Shown: positions 6,926-11,416 of the stretch, piece by piece
Position numbering within the stretch: position 1 is the stretch's first letter
How the letters are laid out: every line of letters starts with the position of its first letter
Virus record (IMG/VR): IMGVR_UViG_3300022188_000577
Location: 1 to 11,416 of that record
Strand: one strand, 5' to 3'
DNA length: 11,416 nt
Position numbers and translations under genes: made by a program
Notes under the pieces: model-generated
The model's input: only the letters and a program-made list of their open reading frames with translations
The model's database searches: none
Told to the model about the DNA's origin: nothing

Positions 6926-7084
6926 ATGTCAAAGGTAACCTTGTGTCCCAGATGTAATAATAATATGAAGAGTATTTATATTAAGAGAGGAGGAAAGTAC
7001 GTTATCATAGGAAAAATTTGTTTAAATTGCAAGTTATACTTCTTTTATGATATTGATACCAAAGGAAAACGTGATAAGACTTGA
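6926..7084 (+). CDS. C4 zinc-ribbon protein, 52 aa
   Basis: MSKVTLCPRC...ICLNC. ATG 6926 fits the TATA spacing; the track start at 6884 lies upstream of the promoter. Confidence 0.78.
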   Translation: MSKVTLCPRCNNNMKSIYIKRGGKYVIIGKICLNCKLYFFYDIDTKGKRDKT

Positions 7085-7412
7085 GGAAAACAAGTGTATT
7101 AGAAAGTTAGAGGACTTGTTAGACGCTGAAATAAAGACTTTAGAAAAGTTCATTAACAAAGCTTCTGAAGTTAAAAGAAGATTGTATAAGTTAGATTTAG
7201 ACGAAGACGTTAAAAAAAATGTGTTATCTGCTTACGATGAGATAGTAAGTAAGTATGTTTACGAGAATGTAATTAAAAACATCGTTTATTACACTTTATT
7301 AATATGTTACGCCAAAGTTCTAAAAGAAAAACGAAAGTTATTTTGTTATGAGGATTCAAAAGGTGCAATATACGTTCATTACCTCCCTCACATAAAAGAG
7401 TTGCAAAAATAA
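7047..7412 (+). CDS. Hypothetical helical protein, 121 aa
   Basis: ATG start, overlaps the zinc-finger gene, typical composition. Confidence 0.78.
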   Translation: MILIPKENVIRLEENKCIRKLEDLLDAEIKTLEKFINKASEVKRRLYKLDLDEDVKKNVLSAYDEIVSKYVYENVIKNIVYYTLLICYAKVLKEKRKLFCYEDSKGAIYVHYLPHIKELQK

Positions 7413-7435
7413 ACTATTCCTATCATTGTTAAGAT

Positions 7436-8596
7436 TTAAGTAGATAAATGTAACAAGAATTTTGGATAATTGTTTTCCGCGAGAAACTTATCGTAATACT
7501 TTTTAGTTGCTTTTCTCTTTTTTTCTGTTAAATCTTGATTCTTATAAGCTTTTAACATAGTTTTTGCTAATTCAGAAGCTTCGTATTCGTAGTATTCGCA
7601 CATAAATCCATGTTCGTTTGGTTTTTGTATTATCGATTCATAATCAAAGAAATACGCAACGTCTTCTCTTATTAACTCTTTAAACAATTGATGTTTAACG
7701 CATATTACACAGTTATTAAAATATAAAGATTCTGCAATTGGCATGCAAAAACCTTCTGACTTTGAAGAAACAACATAAACTTTACTTACATTGTATAAAC
7801 TCAATATTTCCTTATAGGATAAGCTTCCTCCTAAATCAAGTTGTATTATCCTTTTCTTTTCTATTAACTTTTTTATGAATTTGTGTTGCTTTAAGTTGTA
7901 ATCTGTTATTAAAACGTGCACGGTATCTTCTATCTTGTTTTTTAAACAATGTTTATAAAACATAGTTAAAGCTTTTACGTATTTATCCCATCCTTTTCTT
8001 GTATTTTTGTTTGCATTTGTCATATAAACGAACTTATCAGTTAAATCAACGTTATAGTTTTCTTTAAAGAATTCATACGCCCAATCTTTTAGTTTTTTGG
8101 CATCATTTATATAACTTTTTGGTATGGAGTGATAAATTACGTCTGTTATTTTTACGTCGTGTTTTCTTATTATGTTGTAAGTGTAATAAGAATTTGCTAT
8201 TATTTTAGCATACTTTGAAATATTTTGTAGATTTAACTTCAAAAGTAAGTTTTTGTATAAAGTGTCTCCTTCGACTGTGTAATATATGATATTTCTTTTT
8301 TTAGTTGACATTGAAATAACGTGAGTTAAGTTCGAAACGTAAAAAGAACCAAGAGGAACTATGAATATTCTTTTATCAAATAGTTGCATCTTTCTTATAA
8401 AGTTAGAAGATAAAGAATTTTCAAATATGTCAATGTATGCGTGAATTTGATTTTGTTTTAATATCTCAGAAATCGTTTCTGCTACGTTTTTAAAAGATAT
8501 AGCGTCTACGTAAAAAATAGCAACCGTTGACGATTTCAAATCGTCCAAATAATCTGATATCGATTGTGAAAGAGTGGTGTCGTCTCGCCACTTCAT
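7436..8596 (-). CDS. GT-B fold glycosyltransferase, family GT4
   Basis: IANSYYT, VIYHSI, RKGWD and the signature VVSSKSEGFCMPIAES (E-x7-E). GT4 enzymes are common in rudiviruses and lipothrixviruses. Confidence 0.92.
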   Translation of the reverse strand: MKWRDDTTLSQSISDYLDDLKSSTVAIFYVDAISFKNVAETISEILKQNQIHAYIDIFENSLSSNFIRKMQLFDKRIFIVPLGSFYVSNLTHVISMSTKKRNIIYYTVEGDTLYKNLLLKLNLQNISKYAKIIANSYYTYNIIRKHDVKITDVIYHSIPKSYINDAKKLKDWAYEFFKENYNVDLTDKFVYMTNANKNTRKGWDKYVKALTMFYKHCLKNKIEDTVHVLITDYNLKQHKFIKKLIEKKRIIQLDLGGSLSYKEILSLYNVSKVYVVSSKSEGFCMPIAESLYFNNCVICVKHQLFKELIREDVAYFFDYESIIQKPNEHGFMCEYYEYEASELAKTMLKAYKNQDLTEKKRKATKKYYDKFLAENNYPKFLLHLST

Positions 8597-8604
8597 TTTT
8601 CATC

Positions 8605-8640
8605 AAACTTTTAAAAAAATTATCGAACAAATTTTTCAAT
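8605..8640. repeat. Three imperfect tandem 12-bp repeats resembling 4067-4114
   Basis: aaacttttaaaa / aaattatcgaac / aaatttttcaat. Confidence 0.45.
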
Positions 8641-8657
8641 CTTTTTTAATCATCTAA

Positions 8658-8806
8658 CAGTTGTGATTTTATTATTAGTTTTATTATACAATACTTCAGG
8701 ATATATATTAGCAAAAAATCAATAGTATTGTATTATAGTAGTAATAATTAATTAAAGTAATTATCAAATAGTTAATTAATTAAATTAAAAAATAAAATCA
8801 CTACTG
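8658..8806. repeat. Nested inverted repeats in the longest intergenic region (candidate origin)
   Basis: Outer pair 8658-8673/8791-8806 (15/16). Inner pairs 8682-8695/8724-8737 (13/14) and 8745-8755/8772-8782 (11/11). Confidence 0.75.
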
Positions 8807-8843
8807 AGTTAAAAAAAATCTGTCGATTTTCGGATAACACACC

Positions 8844-8858
8844 GCAAAGGTTTAATAT
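8844..8858 (+). promoter_or_regulatory. BRE + TATA box for the wHTH2 operon
   Basis: GCAAAGG-TTTAATAT; TATA is 25-32 nt upstream of ATG 8883. Confidence 0.7.
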
Positions 8859-8882
8859 GCTAAAGCTAATAATAAAATAACC

Positions 8883-9089
8883 ATGAACGTGAAGCAACTT
8901 GTATTACTACTGCTACAAGATTATAAGGACATGGGGGTTACCAAAATAGAGGAAAGGGTATTGGTAGAGGAAGTTATAAAGAGAACAGGATGTCACAGGC
9001 AGACTGTGTATAACGTAATACATTGGTTAAAAGTTAGAGGTGTAATAAGGGTTGAAGGCTCGGGTAGGAACAAGTTTATCTTACTTTAA
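8883..9089 (+). CDS. Winged helix-turn-helix DNA-binding protein 2, 68 aa
   Basis: LVEEVIKRTGCHRQTVYNVIHWLKVRGVIRVEG is a typical HTH recognition helix followed by L-x-x-x-G-x-I and a wing. Confidence 0.85.
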   Translation: MNVKQLVLLLLQDYKDMGVTKIEERVLVEEVIKRTGCHRQTVYNVIHWLKVRGVIRVEGSGRNKFILL

Positions 9090-9100
9090 TTTATTTTTTT
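9090..9100 (+). terminator. Candidate oligo(T) terminator after wHTH2
   Basis: TTTATTTTTTT immediately after the stop. Confidence 0.35.
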
Positions 9101-9110
9101 AAAATCGTAT

Positions 9111-9863
9111 ATGAAGTATCGTTATAGGGATATAACATATAGACTTAAAAGGTACAAACTGTACTGGAAACAAAGACTTTATTATATTTTAGTTGATTTG
9201 ATAAAAGAACGCGCGTCTGAAAGGTTATTAGATGAATTAACTAAGCAAATGTTTTTTGAGTGGATTGTTATTCCTAAACTAAAATCTTTAGGATTTACAG
9301 ACGAAGAGTTAAGGAGAATGTTTCCTTCATATCTCGGATATGCAAAGAAGTTGTGGAACAAAAAATACAAGTATGTTTTTTCTTCTTTAGACGTTGAACA
9401 CGATAACGTTTATTACGAAATGATTCAAAGAGGATTCGATAAAGAAAAGAGTAAAACAGCGTTAAATATTGGTAGAAAACATCCTGTCGTTGCAAAAGCT
9501 TATATTAAAGTTTCGTCAACTCCTTTAATTTATCCACCCCTTCTAAAAGCACTTCCCGTTTCTACTAAATTTAGTTACGAAATAGTTCCACCAATATTAG
9601 TATCAAAAGAGTTAAAAACTAAATTTAGTTACAAATTAACTCCACCTTTAACTGTTGAAAAAGAAATTAACGTATCTTTTAATTACTCTCTAGTCCCACC
9701 TTTGGAAGTTGAAAAAGAAATTAACGTGTCTTTTAACTATTCGCTTGTTCCACCAATCAAAATATCGAAAGAAGTTAACGTATCTTTTAATTACGAACTA
9801 GTTCCACCCTTAAAAGTTATAAAAGAAATTGAAATTATATTTAACTATGAAATTACAAGCTAA
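9111..9863 (+). CDS. Capsid-fold N-terminal domain fused to six 18-aa repeats (putative terminal/fibre anchor), 250 aa
   Basis: VIPKLKSLGF...PSYLGYAKKLWNKKYKY...MIQRGFD matches the paralog pattern; C-terminal repeats of the type VPPLEVEKEINVSFNYSL. Confidence 0.78.
   Translation: MKYRYRDITYRLKRYKLYWKQRLYYILVDLIKERASERLLDELTKQMFFEWIVIPKLKSLGFTDEELRRMFPSYLGYAKKLWNKKYKYVFSSLDVEHDNVYYEMIQRGFDKEKSKTALNIGRKHPVVAKAYIKVSSTPLIYPPLLKALPVSTKFSYEIVPPILVSKELKTKFSYKLTPPLTVEKEINVSFNYSLVPPLEVEKEINVSFNYSLVPPIKISKEVNVSFNYELVPPLKVIKEIEIIFNYEITS
9531..9854 (+). repeat. Six tandem 54-bp coding repeats
   Basis: YPPLLKALPVSTKFSYEI / VPPILVSKELKTKFSYKL / TPPLTVEKEINVSFNYSL / VPPLEVEKEINVSFNYSL / VPPIKISKEVNVSFNYEL / VPPLKVIKEIEIIFNYEI. 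Confidence 0.95.
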
Positions 9864-10866
9864 GGTAATACTGAAAATAATAAAAAAAGACGGTAGGGAA
9901 GTAGTTATCGAAAAAGAGTGCAATAGTTTTCACGAAAACTTTTTCAGAATGTTAAAGTCTGTGTATACGAATGACTTAGTTATAACGAATAGGGATGGTT
10001 CAACAACAACTTTAAATCACTTCGAAAAAGTAAGCATTATAAACACAGACGGAACGAAATACACGAAATGGAGGATTGCAATAGGACAAGGAATTTCAGA
10101 TAACGATTTAACGACAATTATCGACGAAAAAGACGCTACAGTTGAATTAGACGAAGCTAACAGAGTTGCAACTGATTACGCAAAGTTTGGTCCTTACTCA
10201 GAATCAAAAACGATTGACGCCGTAGCACTTTATGTAAAAACTAACTTTAGTTCTGGTGCGGGAAAGTTTGCTTGGTCTTTTAACGCACCTTTGCTTTTGG
10301 AAAATGTCGGGACAACGACGATAGAGGCTGGAGACGTTTTAGTAGTTGGAATACAAACTAAGTTAGTCGCAGGGACAAACGTAACGATTCACGATTCTTT
10401 TGTCTATGTTTCTTTATCGTTTTTAGCGTATTACATGATTGAATACGAATATTCACCTGTGGGCGATGACCAACTTCAAATAGCTTCAAAATATAAAGAT
10501 TTAGCTTTGAGTGGTAACGCAGACTACTGGGCTTATTACGATAGTTATTACGACGAAAAACTCGATTTCTTGAATCATTCAGCAGAAATGAAAATTTATC
10601 ATTCTGATGGGACTTCTGTAACTGAATCTGCAACTGCAACGATTGATTTAACTAATAGAAAAGTTATAATCTACGCTTCTCACTTTTATTCAGAATCAAA
10701 GACAGTGACGAAAGTAGAACTTTACATTCGTTTAAAAGGATGGTATTATAGCGATGGATGGGTGCAAGGCGCGTTGTATCACAAACTTTTAACTGCAGAT
10801 AACTTGAACGTAACAGTGGACGTTAACTACACGTTTAAACCAAAGTTTGAAATATCTATACCTTAA
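9847..10866 (+). CDS. Beta-rich putative virion terminal-structure protein with an internal duplication, 339 aa
   Basis: Likely start is ATG 9847. Two related halves, each containing NR...YA...YSESKT(I/V)..V.LY. IAIGQG recalls tail-fibre/baseplate N-terminal domains. Confidence 0.75.
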   Translation: MKLQAKVILKIIKKDGREVVIEKECNSFHENFFRMLKSVYTNDLVITNRDGSTTTLNHFEKVSIINTDGTKYTKWRIAIGQGISDNDLTTIIDEKDATVELDEANRVATDYAKFGPYSESKTIDAVALYVKTNFSSGAGKFAWSFNAPLLLENVGTTTIEAGDVLVVGIQTKLVAGTNVTIHDSFVYVSLSFLAYYMIEYEYSPVGDDQLQIASKYKDLALSGNADYWAYYDSYYDEKLDFLNHSAEMKIYHSDGTSVTESATATIDLTNRKVIIYASHFYSESKTVTKVELYIRLKGWYYSDGWVQGALYHKLLTADNLNVTVDVNYTFKPKFEISIP

Positions 10867-10877
10867 CGAAAATATTT

Positions 10878-11273
10878 ATGACGTGTAAACATTGGAACTT
10901 TCAAGGATACTTTAAGTATAAGCAAAGTTGGACTGACGAAAGGTTAAAAGAGAAAATTGAACCAATTGTAGATAGAATTATAAATAAGTGGAAATCTTGG
11001 CAAATAAGGTTGGACTTTTGCTTAAACAACGTTAAAAGAGTTTTAGATAGATTTGACATAACATCCGTTCAAAGAAAATATTATTTACTTTATGCTATTT
11101 TATTATGGTCTGTAATGTTTTTGTATGAATGGTTGGTCGATAGGAAAAGAGAACATTCTATTTTGAGATATAAGTTCGAAAGTTACGGCTTAGATCCGAA
11201 CATTCTAAACGAAATAGATAGAGTTGTTATATGGAACAAAGTTATTCAGCCTGTTAACAGGTTTTGGGAATAA
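10878..11273 (+). CDS. SIRV2-type capsid-fold paralog (putative minor structural protein), 131 aa
   Basis: VKRVLDRFDITSVQRKYYLLYA...KFESYGLDPNILNEID matches both the MCP and 4603..5043. Confidence 0.8.
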   Translation: MTCKHWNFQGYFKYKQSWTDERLKEKIEPIVDRIINKWKSWQIRLDFCLNNVKRVLDRFDITSVQRKYYLLYAILLWSVMFLYEWLVDRKREHSILRYKFESYGLDPNILNEIDRVVIWNKVIQPVNRFWE

Positions 11274-11279
11274 TTATCC

Positions 11280-11350
11280 TTATATAAACTTAAATGCCGT
11301 CATCTTTGCGTCGTGTTTCTTAATCTCGTTGTATATATCGCTTAAAGTAA
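11280..11350 (-). CDS. C-terminal end of the 400-aa junction-spanning protein
   Basis: In frame with 1..1132: ...VKPSS|FTLSDIYNEIKKHDAKMTAFKFI*. TAA at 11280-11282 is 6 nt from the convergent stop at 11273. Confidence 0.85.
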
Positions 11351-11416
11351 AGCTTGAAGGTTTAACCGTTATCTGAATGTATGTAGAATCCACATCCAAA
11401 TCCGTTAGAATTCCTT
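11351..11416 (+). repeat. Terminal direct repeat, copy 2 (circular assembly overlap)
   Basis: Identical to 1-66. Confidence 0.98.

Larger units (their letters stand above)
1..11350. mobile_element. Putative complete circularly assembled genome of a small archaeal filamentous virus (Adnaviria/Tokiviricetes-like)
   Basis: Exact terminal overlap with an ORF reading through it; SIRV2-type capsid gene plus paralogs; glycosyltransferase; archaeal TATA boxes; compact gene packing; no housekeeping genes. Confidence 0.8.

Noticed and set aside
9182-9495. 62-aa and 66-aa minus-strand ORFs
   Set aside because: Antisense to 9111..9863, with no motifs.
9531-9854. 54-bp repeats as a CRISPR array or DGR template/variable repeats
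   Set aside because: No unique spacers, in-frame coding with synonymous variation, and no reverse transcriptase or cas gene.
10358-10639. 93-aa minus-strand ORF
   Set aside because: Antisense to the 339-aa gene.

Overview
This window looks like the complete genome of a small, AT-rich (<~30% GC by eye) archaeal virus, assembled as an 11,350-bp circle. Bases 11351-11416 repeat bases 1-66 exactly, and a 400-codon minus-strand ORF missing from the ORF track (1132->1, continuing 11350->11280) reads straight through the junction. The hallmark gene is a 120-aa protein resembling the SIRV2/AFV1-type helical major capsid protein (realm Adnaviria, filamentous viruses). It is accompanied by about four divergent paralogs of the same fold, one fused to six 18-aa repeats. 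The genome also encodes putative terminal-fibre/adhesin proteins, a surface-glycan toolkit (GT4 glycosyltransferase, PAPS sulfotransferase, FkbM methyltransferase), two paralogous winged-HTH proteins and two C4 zinc-ribbon proteins. Archaeal TATA boxes lie about 22-34 nt upstream of many start codons. I recognise no polymerase, primase, helicase, Rep, integrase, packaging ATPase or membrane protein. A nested inverted-repeat structure (8658-8806), two 12-bp repeat arrays and a hidden +1-frame coding extension (5051-5146) deserve follow-up. All family calls come from motif recognition by eye; no searches were run.
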